From NCBI RefSeq assembly GCF_006345805.1, contig NC_043000.1, positions 145,824,001-145,888,000 on the forward strand: DNA of 64,000 nucleotides. The letters run 5' to 3'. Below are positions 26,918 through 39,895 of the stretch, piece after piece. The notes below the pieces were generated by a model that did no database searches, was not told where the DNA came from, and was given only the letters and a program-made list of their open reading frames with translations. The position numbers and the translations under genes are program-made. The first letter of the stretch is position 1, and each line of letters opens with the position of its first letter. Origin of the DNA: Octopus sinensis (lineage: Eukaryota).

Positions 26918-27080
26918 CAATAGGCACAATGTGTGAAATTTGGTGGTGGAGGCATGAGGTGCTTCTTTCGTTGACTCCGAAAGTATGAAAGGCAAAGTCG
27001 ATCTCAGCGGAATATGAAATTATAAAGACGGAGGAAATACAACTAAGCATTTTGCCTGGCGTGCTAACTAATCTGCTGAT
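26918..27080 (-). mobile_element. Degraded SINE (341 family)
   Basis: ATGAAAGGCAAAGTCGATCTCAGCGGAAT..CTAAGCATTTTGCCTGGCGTGCTAAC. Confidence 0.7.
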
Positions 27081-27189
27081 AATAGTAATAATAATCAAAT
27101 AAAATACCAAATGGGAAGACAACTCTACCGCATGGTGTACAGTTATTCTAACTTTAAAAAAAACACTTAATTATGCACTTTTATATACA

Positions 27190-27295
27190 GTCTCACTGCG
27201 TGGCAGCTTGGGCAAGTGTCTTCTGCTATAACCTCGGGCCGACCAAAGCCTTGTGAGTGGATTTTGTAGACGGAAACTGAAAGAAGCCCATCGTA

Positions 27296-27379
<84 letters not shown>

Positions 27380-27602
27380 TCTGTGTGTATGTTTGTGTGT
27401 CTGTGTTTGTCCGCATAGCATTGCTTGATAACAGATGCTGGTGTGTTTAAGTCGCCGTCAATTAGCGGTTCGGCAAAAGAAACCGATAGAATAAGTACTG
27501 GGCTTACAAAGAATAAGTCCCGGGGTCGATTTGCTCGACTAAAGGCGGTGCTCCAGCATGGCCGCAGTCAAATGACTGAAACAAGTAAAATAGTAAAAGA
27601 GA
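27190..27602 (+). mobile_element. 5'-truncated SINE with internal (TA)n(TG)n (62168 family)
   Basis: CACTGCGTGGCAGCTTGGGCAAGTGTCTT..GACGGAAACTGAAAGAAGCCC..GCGGTTCGGCAAAAGA..GGCGGTGCTCCAGCATGGCCGCAGTC. Confidence 0.9.
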
Positions 27603-27749
27603 TGTTTCTTATTGAATGTATAGAAATTGGAACATTATCATGAATAAGAAAATGAAAGACTACACAATTACATACTTACCAATACTCGAGAATTTCGTAA
27701 CTGTCCTCAAAGCAGAAGTAATTTATAGATTGCTGAAGAAGTAACTTCT

Positions 27750-29720
27750 ATTACCAGAAGAACAAAAGCGACACAGAAAGAAATGCTGACCTGTTGTATA
27801 ACATGATACGAAGAGAGGTATGGTTAACAAAGTACAACTTAGCTGTTAGGTGGATAGAATGCAAGAAAGCATACGATAGAATACCACAGCTCTCTAAGTG
27901 CCTGGGAACATAGAGGGCAAGGAGATTATTATTAGAAAGATCAATGAGATCATAGAAATTAAAACTACAATGCGGAATTGAATGGTTAGACAATCTGAAA
28001 ATGCACATGGACATCGAATCATTAACATGGAACGCTTTAAGTATCAATGTGCAATCTCGTCAGTGTACAGATAGGCTCGAGATCTTTTTTCAACCAATAT
28101 CTCACTTATGGCAAATAGCTTCTGTGTACGAACGGTGAGAACTTGGCTGGTTAATATTAAGGTAGCGCAAACAAATACATAAACCGCGGCGGCAAGTTAC
28201 AGCTAGAGAAATGCACAATTAGATCATTGCATTGAATTAGACATCGAGCTTGCGAGGAAGACTTACGTCATGTGTTTAACTAATCTATCGCTGAAAGTAT
28301 AAACTAAATAAAGCGTATTCGAAGAACAGCTAAAGTAGTATATCTTTAATCACCCATCACAGAGACATTCATACACTATCGCAAACTCAAAAATTAATAT
28401 CCGAAAGATAGCAATGAAGGATTTATCATTATTACTACAATAAAAACAAAGACAAATCCGCTCAAGATATCAGGCCCAAAGTACCTGGTGAAAGAAATAT
28501 AGCGCGTAAAGGGGTAACAGCAGATACGCTGGAAAGTACGAAGAAGGCAGTAAACAAATTTCAGAATCACTGAAACTGAACGTGGTAACATAAAAGGAAA
28601 CATCAGACTCAGCAAATTTAGCGCAATTACAGAGGAGCTTTGTACCACCACACAAAACATGACTAACATGTCCTACCAAGACCATGAGTGAAGATAAAAG
28701 GATATTACCAGCAGTCAAAATGGAAACGATTTTATCGATCAAAACATTGAGTGAAGAAAAAGAAATGATATAGTCCAAATGTCTATAGAAACATCTACAA
28801 TCCAAGTGTTTAAACATAGATAAAATACTGAGTATTGGAAGGAGACCTAACATATGACAGTAAACATTAGCTAAAATGACAAACTAGCACCTTCTATTGC
28901 CTAAAATTAAGAACCAAGCGAAAGGCAAGGTATCTATCAAATTTTCTAATCTAGCCAAACCCACAATCACAAATCCAGAGAGAAGAGACCTGGATATAAC
29001 TGATATCAATCAACTTTTATATGCTACAGCATCAGTAACTACGGAGACAATGGGTGAAACATTCAAGCGAAATACCAAAGAAAACTGAAACAGCCAAAAC
29101 AGAAAGATTAAATCAGGAAAGCGATTAAAATATTATCTGGAGACTTGGTGAAATTTAAAAGACAAATATCTGAAGTATGGAGAAAGAACTAAAGTAAAAA
29201 CACATCATCGGAAAGATGACTATTATATCATCATCAAAAGAAACGCTTATACAAAATAATGCAAGCAAGTGCACGAAAAATTTGAGAGGTTTGAAACAAG
29301 AAACGACTTCTTCAGGCGGAATAAGGGCTTCACAGAAGAATCAGAGAAACACTATAAGAGATATGAAGGAAAGAAAATAGGTATTAGCTAAAGTTGAACT
29401 TTTCTGAAGTAAAAAATTTTGAAAAATAGCAAACAAAATAGTAAGTACTTTAGTTTCAAACGCAAAAGGATCAAAGTTAAAACATAGGAAGGAATTCGTC
29501 CAATATCAACAGCGAGATTACATCTTATGTTAGCAAGAAAAAGGAATTTGTCAAATAAAAACACCGAGATTGCATCATATGTTGTGAAGGAAAAAACGGC
29601 AAATGGAAGTCAAATTTCAGAGTAATAAATCTCCCCAATATTCTCCGTACAACCATAAAGTATATAATCCAGATAATGGGCTGGTTTGTCGAACAAAAAG
29701 CGTAAATTACACACTTCCTA
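27750..29720 (+). mobile_element. Old R4/Dong-type LINE remnants
   Basis: AVRWIECKKAYDRIP (about 27842, cf. WIDYKKAYD) and DITDINQLLYATASV (28897-29088, N-terminal region of R4/Dong ORFs); purine-rich plus strand; boundaries uncertain. Confidence 0.55.
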
Positions 29721-30013
29721 AGCAGAAGACAAAGATGCCTCACGAATTCCCTAGTTTCCGCAGCAGTGGTTATTTGGCCAGTGCATACAATAGGAATTTG
29801 TTTTGTTAATTTATATTTTCCAAAGGATTTCCTGTGGGTCGACGAACGAAAGAGAAATGACTCTCTGCTAAGTTTAGTAAATGATGCCTTTTTGAAAGGA
29901 AAACAAAACACAAAATTATGAAGCTCCAAAAAAATGTTCAGCTATAGCAATCAGCAACAGCAAGACGAAGGACAGCAACATCTTCAGTAACAACAATAAT
30001 TATTATTTCCAAA

Positions 30014-30195
30014 TATGGCACAAGATCAGAAAATTTAGGGAAAAGGGTAAGCCGATTACATTGGTACTTATTTTATCGAACCGATAGGATAAGAAAGATA
30101 GACAAAAAGTGCATAACTTGAAATTAGAACTCCAAACGTCGTTATAATTGCACTGTTTGATCGATGCGCTAACGATTCTGTCTGTTCGTCACCTA
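30014..30195 (-). mobile_element. Degraded SINE (341 family)
   Basis: GGCACAAG..GGTACTTATTTTATCGA..GCTAACGATTCTG. Confidence 0.55.
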
Positions 30196-30244
30196 AATAA
30201 AAGCAGCAGCAGCAGAATGAGAAGAAGAAGAAGAAGAAGATGAT

Positions 30245-30275
<31 letters not shown>

Positions 30276-30673
30276 CTGTAGTAGTAGTAGTAGTAGCACC
30301 AGCAGCAGCAATGGGAAATATTTTGACTAGTAAACATTGGATTCGTATTACCTCATTTCTATATTGATGATAATAGTGAAGGTAGGGGTTGCTTTTCGTC
30401 AATCAACAGGAAGGATTTTCGCCTTTCTATTCAATCTACTGAATAATCAGCTTTGGAATTAAGGTAAAATTTGGTGATCATTCTACAAAGAAGTCTGAAC
30501 TGGAATTCACAGATTCTGTGTAACACAGCATTTAAGAAAGTTATGATGTTTCGAATTGCAAAAATGAAAAAAAAATACGCCACTCATCGACGGCTTTCAA
30601 GGCAGTTACCCTGTACACCTATTCACCCACAAATCACAGATCAATCCGAGATTATAGACAAATAATATTTAAA

Positions 30674-30688
30674 GTAGTAGTAGTAGTT

Positions 30689-30729
<41 letters not shown>

Positions 30730-30814
30730 TGCAGCAGCAGCAGCAGTAGAAGTAGTAGTAGCAGCAGCAGCAGTAGTAGTAGCAGCAGTAGTAGTAGTAG
30801 TAGTAGTAGTAGTG

Positions 30815-30845
<31 letters not shown>

Positions 30846-30846
30846 T

Positions 30847-30881
<35 letters not shown>

Positions 30882-30943
30882 CAACAGTAGTAGTAGTAGT
30901 AGTAGCAGTAACAGTAGCAGTAGCAGTAGTAGTAGTAGTAGTA

Positions 30944-30978
<35 letters not shown>

Positions 30979-31058
30979 ATAGTAGTAGTAGTAGTGGCAG
31001 CAGCAGCAGTAGTAGTAGTAGTAGTAGCAGCAGTAGTAGTAGTAGTAGTAGTAGCAAC

Positions 31059-31090
<32 letters not shown>

Positions 31091-31169
31091 CAGCAGTAGC
31101 AGTAGCAGCAACAGTAGCAGTAGTAGTAATAGCAGTAGCAGTAGCAGTAGTAGTAGTAGTAGTAGTAGT

Positions 31170-31200
<31 letters not shown>
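30674..31200. repeat. Compound (AGT)n/(AGC)n microsatellite
   Basis: Direct reading. Confidence 0.95.
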
Positions 31201-31201
<1 letters not shown>

Positions 31202-31454
31202 AATATATGGAAGAAAGGAGAAAAATATGTTGAATATGAATATTCTCTCGCAAACTGAAGATAAATATTTAAAGCCTTTCGTGCAAACGTATTTATCGAT
31301 AGGCCTGCGTACATTTTAGTTTTAAACATATCTTATTGCGTGCTGTATATCCTCTAATCGAACACACTCCTCCAATTACTTTCCTTAATATAAGATTTGA
31401 AATTCTATCAAAGAAAATGTGTGTGTATTTGTGTATGTGTGTAAGTGCTTGTGT

Positions 31455-31487
<33 letters not shown>

Positions 31488-31771
31488 AGTACTTATTTAT
31501 ATTTGTGTAAACGAATAGAAGTATAAATACAAACACACACACAAACAAGCATATATATATATATACATACATACATATATATATGTATATATATATATAT
31601 ATATACATATAAAGATGTTTGTTCGTGTTTGATTGCAGAGTGTGTGCTTTCATACCCACGTGTACACTCACAGTTATATACACACACAGACACACACACG
31701 CACAAACACATACACATACACACACAGACATATACATATATATACACACATACAAACAAATATTTATATAT

Positions 31772-31821
<50 letters not shown>

Positions 31822-31850
31822 GTATATAGAGAGAGTGATATATATATATA

Positions 31851-31919
<69 letters not shown>

Positions 31920-32288
31920 TTATAGATATAGATATAGATATGTATATATATATATATATATATAATATTGTTTATACACGTACATATATACACATATGTA
32001 TGCATATGTTCTCGTCTAAATATTAGTTTATATCTTCTAGGAACCAATCGCATATGTTCGTTTTTGTTTCTATATATATTAGTATGCAATATATCATCTC
32101 AACATAATTTACTCGACATAAAATGGAAACTGCTGATTTGAATTATCGCTTTGCTAAATGTTTAAAATCTGTGCAGCAGCATTCGTTTTTGTTTTTGATG
32201 ATTTCAGGTGAAAATATCTTGCTGCTAACTTAACTGTCATCTCAGTTAATGAACTTCTGCGTTTTATTTTCCAACTACTATATACGAC

Positions 32289-32810
32289 TGTGGAGGTGCG
32301 TGGCTTAGTGGTTAGGGTGTCAGCATCACGATCGTAAGATTGAGGTTTTCGATTCCTGGACCGGGCGACGCCACGTTGTGTTCTTCAGCAAAAGACTTCA
32401 TTTCACGTTGCTCCGGTCCACTCACCTGGCAAAAATGAGTAACGCTGCGATGGACTGGGGTTCCGTCCAGCTGGGGAACACATACGCCATTGAAACCGGG
32501 AAATCTGGCCCACGAGCCTGGCTAGGCTTTAAAAGGGCCCATTTGTTTGCGGAGGTGCGCGGCTTAGTGGTTAGGGTATCAGCATCATGATCGTAAGATT
32601 GTGGTTTCGATTCCTGGACCGGGCGACGCCACGTTTTCTTCTTGAGCAAAACACTTCATTCCACGTTGCTCCAGTCCACTCAGCTGGCGAAAATGAGTAA
32701 CGCTGCAATGGGCTGGGGTTCCGTCCAGCTGGAGGAACACATACGCCATAGAAACCGGGAAACCGGGCTCATGAGCCTGGCTAGGCTTTAAAGAGGCGCA
32801 TTTACTATTT
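32289..32810 (+). mobile_element. Head-to-tail dimer of a tRNA-derived CORE-type SINE (32289-32548, 32549-32810)
   Basis: Each unit: GGAGGTGCG.GGCTTAGTGGTTAGGGT (A box), TTCGATTCCTGG (B box), CORE-like segment, tail ending GGCTAGGCTTTAAA. Confidence 0.9.
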
Positions 32811-33106
32811 TTATTTTTACTATATACAACTGCGACTAAAACTGATGATGATGGGGAGGAGGAGGAGGAGGAGGAGGAGGGGGAGGAGGAGGAGGAGGAG
32901 GTGGAATATGATGATGATGATGATAAGGAATATCTGGGAGATTCTTCTTTCGTACCATCACAATCTTCATGGCTGTCGTCATCACCAACATCAGCCACAA
33001 CTATCATAGCGTCACCGTCACTACAATGCTTATTTCTTCCTACATTTTGCGTATACTTCTACGGACTATCATTTTGTGTTGCGTCTAATGCTATACAACC
33101 TTTTAT

Positions 33107-33442
33107 CTATTGATGTTCCAGAAACGTTTGAAGACCGATGTATATTACTTCGAACTTTATCCGCCTACCATCCAAGGTAGGAATCATATTAGAAACAAAT
33201 TTTTGTTTCTGATTCTCTATATTCCATAAATGAATTGTCAGTCGTTGCTGGAGCTTATTCTCTTCTACGTATAAATACATGTTGACTTCAGTATCATAAA
33301 CAGCGATTATGAATAATGTAGCTATTGATGCTATTGCTGTTGTTAATAAAAACAAAACCATGCGCCTCTGATGGAACATAATGTGATCAATAAAATTCCA
33401 ACAGAGGCCATCTCTTGTATTTGTACTTAGGTCATAAGGCAT
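33107..33442 (-). CDS. Candidate first coding exon of a type II membrane protein (Golgi-enzyme-like topology), unidentified
   Basis: 111-aa non-repetitive ORF; acceptor TTTATTAG 9 nt upstream of the CAAC-ATG start; RR followed by hydrophobic MVLFLLTTAIASIATLFIIAVY; possible donors after 33169 (G|GTAGGC) or 33149 (A|GTAATA). Confidence 0.4.
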   Translation of the reverse strand: MPYDLSTNTRDGLCWNFIDHIMFHQRRMVLFLLTTAIASIATLFIIAVYDTEVNMYLYVEENKLQQRLTIHLWNIENQKQKFVSNMIPTLDGRRIKFEVIYIGLQTFLEHQ

Positions 33443-33526
33443 GTTGACTACCTAATAAATGACCGTTGTTGACACATTTTATTTGCTGCATCTAATGTTT
33501 AAACACTACTACTACTACTACTACTA

Positions 33527-33567
<41 letters not shown>

Positions 33568-34230
33568 GCACTACTACTACCACCACAACCACCACCACCA
33601 CTACTGCTGTTGCTGCAACTACTAATAGTAATATTCATACTACTACCATGAATACAGTGTGTCTCTTCGAAAGAGAGACTGTATGTAATATAATAATTAC
33701 CGTTATTCGTTTAGTACAATAATTACTATTAATTATACTTACTTGATTATGAGATGTCACAAAACACACTCGCTGAATCTTCCTTGATTTGGAATATAAA
33801 ATTACATTTTGCGTGGTTATATTTTTACATGCACACTCCTTAATCTAATAGAAGTAATATTCTACTAGACAATATGACAAAGAATTTGGAAACATTTCTG
33901 TAGGTCGATTCGATTGTGCTACTTCTAACAAAAATAATGCTGATGATAACAATGGTTCATGCTGAAAAATTTACAAAGTGTATTTTAATGAGAGATTATG
34001 ACGAATCATCTATATATTTACTAAACTATCTAGGAAAAATATGCTGGATGATATAACCTTTAATAAATGTCTGAAATGATGAGATGGTCACAATTAACGT
34101 GGCATTCTATTAGAAATACATCCTAGCATAGTAGCTGACGTACATTCTTTAAACTTCACTCAGTAAAAGATTGAATATTTTGCTAGCCTTAAGAATTGAA
34201 TATATATATATATATATATATAATATATAT

Positions 34231-34317
<87 letters not shown>

Positions 34318-34723
34318 TTATACTATCCAAAGATTTTACTGACAAAGGCAGAACTGTAAGTTCCTTAATGAGCTATGTATCCTCTGAATTGTTCTGCAGT
34401 CAATTGTAAAAGGGCAGTGTGCCCATAGTAAGTGAAAAAAAGTTGATAAAATAGTACAAAAAGATTTTAAGATGTGTATGAAATGTAATGAACCATTTAC
34501 TGAAAGAATGTTGTATGAATGCTATGTTGCACTCTGAATTTTTCGTTTAGGACGCTAAAACGTTTAAAGACTATATTTGGAAATTATATCATGGTACTAC
34601 CCCTTTCGATGGGCAAAGTTTCTAGTCACATTGTTAAAGCTACAAAGAAAAAGGCCAAGGTTTAGAAATCATTTATAAATTTTCCTCTTGTTAATATATC
34701 TCTAATATATATTCAAATTCAAT

Positions 34724-35130
34724 GGTACTTTTTGGTTATCTTACCCCCATTGAAATGTTTCCATTAAAAAATTGGGTTATCTCCCCACAAAAATATTGAG
34801 TTTATGTGGCAACGAGGTTGAATTAAAAGGGTTAGATCCTGTTGATTCAATACTTCAATACATTCTTGAATTTGGGCCTCCTCAATAGGATTTGTTAAAA
34901 AAATGTTATTGATTCAATAAATGGTTCAGTTTTTATGCTTTTTAATTTTCTCAGTTTTGTATGAGTTTTTATAAAAATATCAGATTGAATAAGATGTTTA
35001 ATCTTTTCGCTTTTATGTTTATTAATTTTTTTTTCATTTTTTGTTTCTTGTTTTACTGTAGGTTAAACGAATTTTTAGTTGGGGGAGATAACCCAATTTT
35101 TGAATGGGGATGAGATAACCACAAAGTACC
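34724..35130. mobile_element. MITE with ~60-bp TIRs and 8-bp TSD, Merlin-like
   Basis: GGTACTTTTTGGTTATCT..AAAAATTGGGTTATCTCCCC / GGGGAGATAACCCAATTTTT..AGATAACCACAAAGTACC; TSD AATTCAAT at 34716-34723 and 35131-35138; GG-starting TIRs with an 8-bp TSD fit Merlin. Confidence 0.8.
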
Positions 35131-35914
35131 AATTCAATTTTTAAGTATAGGAACATATACAGTCTTTAAGTGAATTTCTCAAAACATAAACAAGGGGGAA
35201 ATTATGCTTTGTTTATATATATCGAATGTTTATAGGAGATCATTTAATTATTATAATGACTTGTATAAGCGATAGGTTATAAGTTACAAAATGTTGTAAC
35301 CCATACACTTAGTCTCTCTAACGACGTTAGTTCAGTTGACAAAATATCGCCAATCACCTGTTTATTCAATTAACTTTATATTACTGTACTTAATTCGTTC
35401 CTATATTTGTTGAAATATTCCTACACATTGAGTCCAACCGACTTTATCTATGTTTGTTTATATCAGTGTATGTGTGTGTTGTTATTCTTGTTGTGTGGGA
35501 GGTTACTGTGTGCGTGAGTATGTGTGTTTTATTTGTGTCTGTGTTTTGCTGTATCTGTGTGTTATTGCGTGCACATGTCTGTATGGATTTAAATTTCTGT
35601 CAGAAATTTTATGTGGTTAAAAATACAAATTAATACAATGATTTAAACAAGAAAAAAAAACAACTGAAATAAGAAGAATCTCATAATGAATCATGTTTAC
35701 ATTTAATTTTGGATTTAAATGATCTATATCACAAATGTTTGGAAATTTACATGGCACATTTGAAACGGTCCTCTAATGTACACATCTTTACCGTAACAAA
35801 GAACATATAGGTAACGAAGATACCACTACAAACAAATTTCTTCCTAAGATTATCATCAAAACAATTAAATTAGTATTTTAGCATACAACGATCTTAACAA
35901 AGTATGATAAACAC

Positions 35915-36875
35915 TGAACATCTGGTTAAAACTTTCACTAACTCGAGGATTATCAGTTAATATAGATGAAAGATTTTTGTACAGAATTAGCATTTCCTCA
36001 GCAACCAACATAAAGAATGAATGATCTTGTGGCTCGGTTCACCACCGATTCTGTTTTAACATGTTTTCCCATTCAAACAGCAGACTAGTCAGCCTCTCTT
36101 AGAGCAAAATAGTCATTGTAAGTGTAATACCAATGTCATCAACATTTATATTAGAAGAACTACACGGGCGATCCATTGGCATAGAAATATCATTGTAATT
36201 GTTTCCCCAGCCTCAAGAGGAAAACATTCTGCCAATATACACGGATAAATATAAAAATTGCAAGATGCCAGTAGATAATTTGCCACAATATGTGACATAG
36301 ATATTAGTATAGTTATGAACGCTAGGATATCACTCATATTTCACGATAATTCCGAACTAGAAAAAATTAAATTTAGCCACTCCCCAACTCATCTTGGAGA
36401 AGCAAGGATGGGATCCAGTTCCCTGACTTGCTCGAAATATTTAATGCACCAGAAAGAGTGCCTGGGTAACTCAGGTAATATGAACGATTCCGTCGTGGTT
36501 ATGTTTAGGAAGAATATCATAAAATATAAGGTATTCTCCCTAAATATATCTGTTTGTACAAAAGATCAACTTTATGGATGTTGTCTTTGATCTGTACAAT
36601 CCCAATACGGAAACTGTATCAATAGGAATTCCATATCACTCGTTGTAGTTAGAAAACTAGTCAATGGCATTAGCTTGAGAATCTCAAATATATTGGCGAA
36701 CAACGATAACGTCAAGAAAGCCACTGCCCATTATAAAAAGGCACTAATGAGTGTCAGGAAGACAGTTTCAAAAGGCAAATTAATCTGGTTAAATCTTTCA
36801 CTAACTCCATGAGTATCAGTTAATATAGCTGGAATATTTTTGTACAGAATTAGCATTTCCTCAGCAACCATCACA
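35915..36875 (+). mobile_element. Degraded Penelope-like element RT/linker region with a duplicated ~90-bp segment
   Basis: KINFMDVVFDL (cf. VNFLDVTLDL), VRKLVNGISLRISNILANNDNVKKATAHYKKAL (cf. IPxxIxxRLSxxSSNxxxFxxAxxxYxxAL), IWLNLSLT..VSVNIAGIFL (cf. IWFNPPFSxxVxTNIGxxFL); 35919-36007 repeats 36783-36870. Confidence 0.65.
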
Positions 36876-36959
36876 AAATGTTCACGCTGAATTTGACGAT
36901 TGTTTACCTCTCCATTTTTCCGGGATAGCTTGATGTTTTGGGGAACAGTCAACGGCGTT

Positions 36960-37735
36960 GAAGCGCAACAGGTTTTAATTTGTAACTAACAAACGTTAGC
37001 GGACATGGTAGTTCGGAAGCCATATGAACATTGGAAAAGTGAACAGTGGTGCATGTAACATGCTGATTTAGACTAGGTGTCAAAATGTTGATATCATGAT
37101 CGTTGCCAAATGCTCCGACAATACTGTAAATGTTGTGAGACACGACGTGGACAGCTGCAAAGGAGTCTACAAAGTTGTGGCCAGCAGAAATGGATACAGC
37201 AAATTTTCTGACCGCGACTGCATGCAGAGAATCGTACCCGCATCTTTAAACAGAGACTTAGATTCAATTCAGATGGATTTATGAAGGTCCTGGAGACTGT
37301 GATCAATTTCCGACAGGAGAGGATTGCTGCTGAAAGGCCATGTATGCGGCCATATATCCTTGTTGTACCAGTGGAAAGAGTCAGAAACGGTTGTCACCAA
37401 TTTCTGGCATATTAATTCCCTCGATTGTAATCCAGTGAATTACTATGTGGGGGGTCACTGTTAACAAAGACACCAACCGCACTGCCTGCAACGTTAAACT
37501 CAAAGTGGTGGCCATGGTCAAGGAGATGTTCGAAGACCTTTTTTTAGGATGCAGTGATCTACAAGTTCTAGAGGCGTCTTCAAACCATGGGGGAATTTGA
37601 GTAAACCGTTATCTACCAGCTATAATCTATTTGATATTTTAAAGTTTTTAAAGAACGTTTATTTTTGGTTGGGATAAAGTATTTTCTTTTCCTTTTATGC
37701 AAATAGTCAAATTCATCCCGAACAAACTGTGTATA
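36960..37735 (+). mobile_element. Degraded Tc1/mariner (maT-like) transposon
   Basis: FWHINSLDCNPVNYYV (cf. WPPNSPDLNPLDYYVW) at about 37401-37450, KVLETVI..RIAAERP, N-terminal IVAKCSDNTVNVVRHDVD; TIR-like end CATCCCGAACAAACTGT. Confidence 0.75.
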
Positions 37736-38699
37736 CTATATACTCATTCATGTTCAGAATGTCAATATTAACCGTCTCTCAAAAGTTGTAGTATATAGCA
37801 TCATCCTTACATCACCAAATCACCATATGATTACTTTCACAGTAGAGTGAACGTAATCATATGACAGTTAGGGAATATTTACACAATATATACAGTCCTT
37901 CAGGTTAAGGGACTGGGCAACTCAACTGCCTGTTACACACCATCTTTAAGAATTGGAATCAAGAAAATGAGTTGTCAGTATCATATGGTGTGTCTCTGAT
38001 AGGTCAACGCATTAATTACCTACAGTTCACAATCGAAAATACTTTCTCCGTTGGAACTACATTTGATCAGGAAAAGCATATCTGACACGACACGCCTTGT
38101 CAATACATTTGAAAATCTATAATCACCAAAATTCGGGCATGGCAAACTTAGCCCTGATTGTCTCATCTATATTGGTTGTGTTTGCAGATTCAGTGCCCCC
38201 AGGCTAGGATCCTTTCCATTTCGCATTCTATCATTATGACCTACTACATCACGGCTAAAGTTAATCAACGCAATTATGTTTAGCTATGTTGTGTATGAAA
38301 ATTGATGTACATACTAACATGTAAGGTGAGAACACTCTATAGGGTGTACCAAGCACCGTGACACGTGGCGAATATGCTTCATTGACTCTTAGAGCCTGGG
38401 TAGTGCCAACTACCTGATTCGAATTATAGCCCTTTCAATCATGCGCACCATACATGAAATTAACTGGTGCTGCGGCTTTGACAAAGCATACACCTGACCG
38501 GAACTAAGGGGTATCAAAAGGAGTCCCACCTTGAAACCATCTATTATTTCTAATTACATTTATTATTTCAAGTGTTAAGATCCACACTCATCCTTTTTAT
38601 CAACGTGCATGTGTGTGTGTGAGTGTGTGTGTGTGTGTCAGTTTGTGCGTGTGCGTGTGTGTGCATGTTTGTGTGCGTACAATGAGAAGTCCCTCTCGT

Positions 38700-39028
38700 G
38701 TATATATAGTAGAAATATGTTACGAAAAGAAAATATAAAATACACGTGGAAATGTAAGAGTAAAATATGAAAAAATCAACGAAAATGCATATTGCAGATA
38801 GAAAAAGGCTATTCATCGATGAATAGCCTTCGCGTAAACCAATTGGTTCGTTTTGTTCTCTTACTTTATTAGTATTATCATCTTATAATCATCTCATAAT
38901 AATGACCTTTATGACTCGTATTACTACCTCAGTCAATCTAAATGTATATATTTGTCACTACCTGTCATAAATAGCCTTTTTTCTATCTGCAATATGCATT
39001 TCGTTGATTTTTCATATTTTACCCCTCT
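38700..39028. mobile_element. TA-embedded inverted-repeat element (PLE-tail-like) with a degenerate hammerhead motif
   Basis: Left arm 38708-38813 is complementary to 38970-39022; 26-bp perfect palindrome at 38805-38830; CGATGA...GTAAAC-CAATTG-GTT at 38817-38848. Confidence 0.7.
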
Positions 39029-39040
39029 ATATATATATAT

Positions 39041-39443
39041 ATATAATATAATTCGAGACAAAACCACTATTTTAAAACCAAACAAGGAAAGACTTAATCA
39101 ATACATAAAATTTTAATATAAATTAAATAAACCGCCACTACAAATGTTTCATGTCTGCTACCGACAATCTTCTATTGAAGTCAAAATTTTGACTTCAAAA
39201 TTTGATACTGATTAGAAGATCGAAAATCCACATGAAGATTGTCGGTAGCAGACATGGAACATTTGTAGTGGCGGTTTATTTAATTTATATTAAAATTTTA
39301 TGTATTGATTAAGTCTTTCCTTGTTTGGTTTTAAAATAGTGGTTTTGTCTCGAATTATATTATATAATATTTTACTATAAAATTGGATTTAACCCTAAAT
39401 CTGATTTTTCCCTGTAATTTTGGATTCATTCCCTAATATTTAT

Positions 39444-39488
<45 letters not shown>

Positions 39489-39895
39489 ATATATATATAA
39501 TATAATTCGAGACAAAACCACTATTTTAAAACCAAACAAGGAAAGACTTAATCAATACATAAAATTTAATATAAATTAAATAAACCGCCACTACAAATGT
39601 TTCATGTCTGCTACCGACAATCTTCTATTGAAGTCAAAATTTTGACTTCAAAATTTGATACTGATTAGAAGATCGAAAATCCACCTGAAGATTGTCGGTA
39701 GCAGACATGAACATTTGTAGTGGCGGTTTATTTAATTTATATTAAAATTTTATGTATTGATTAAGTCTTTCCTTGTTTGGTTTTAAAATAGTGGTTTTGT
39801 CTCGAATTATATTATATAATATTTTACTATAAAATTGGATTTAACCCTAAATCTGATTTTTCCCTGTAATTTTGGATTCATTCCCTAATATTTAT

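Noticed and set aside
30351-30440. Exon-like segment with GTAATA donor on the minus strand
   Set aside because: Stops in all three frames from the nearest acceptor
36731-36952. Minus-strand ORF and duplicated VAEEMLILYKN segment as host exons
   Set aside because: The plus strand matches Penelope RT/linker motifs, which explains the region
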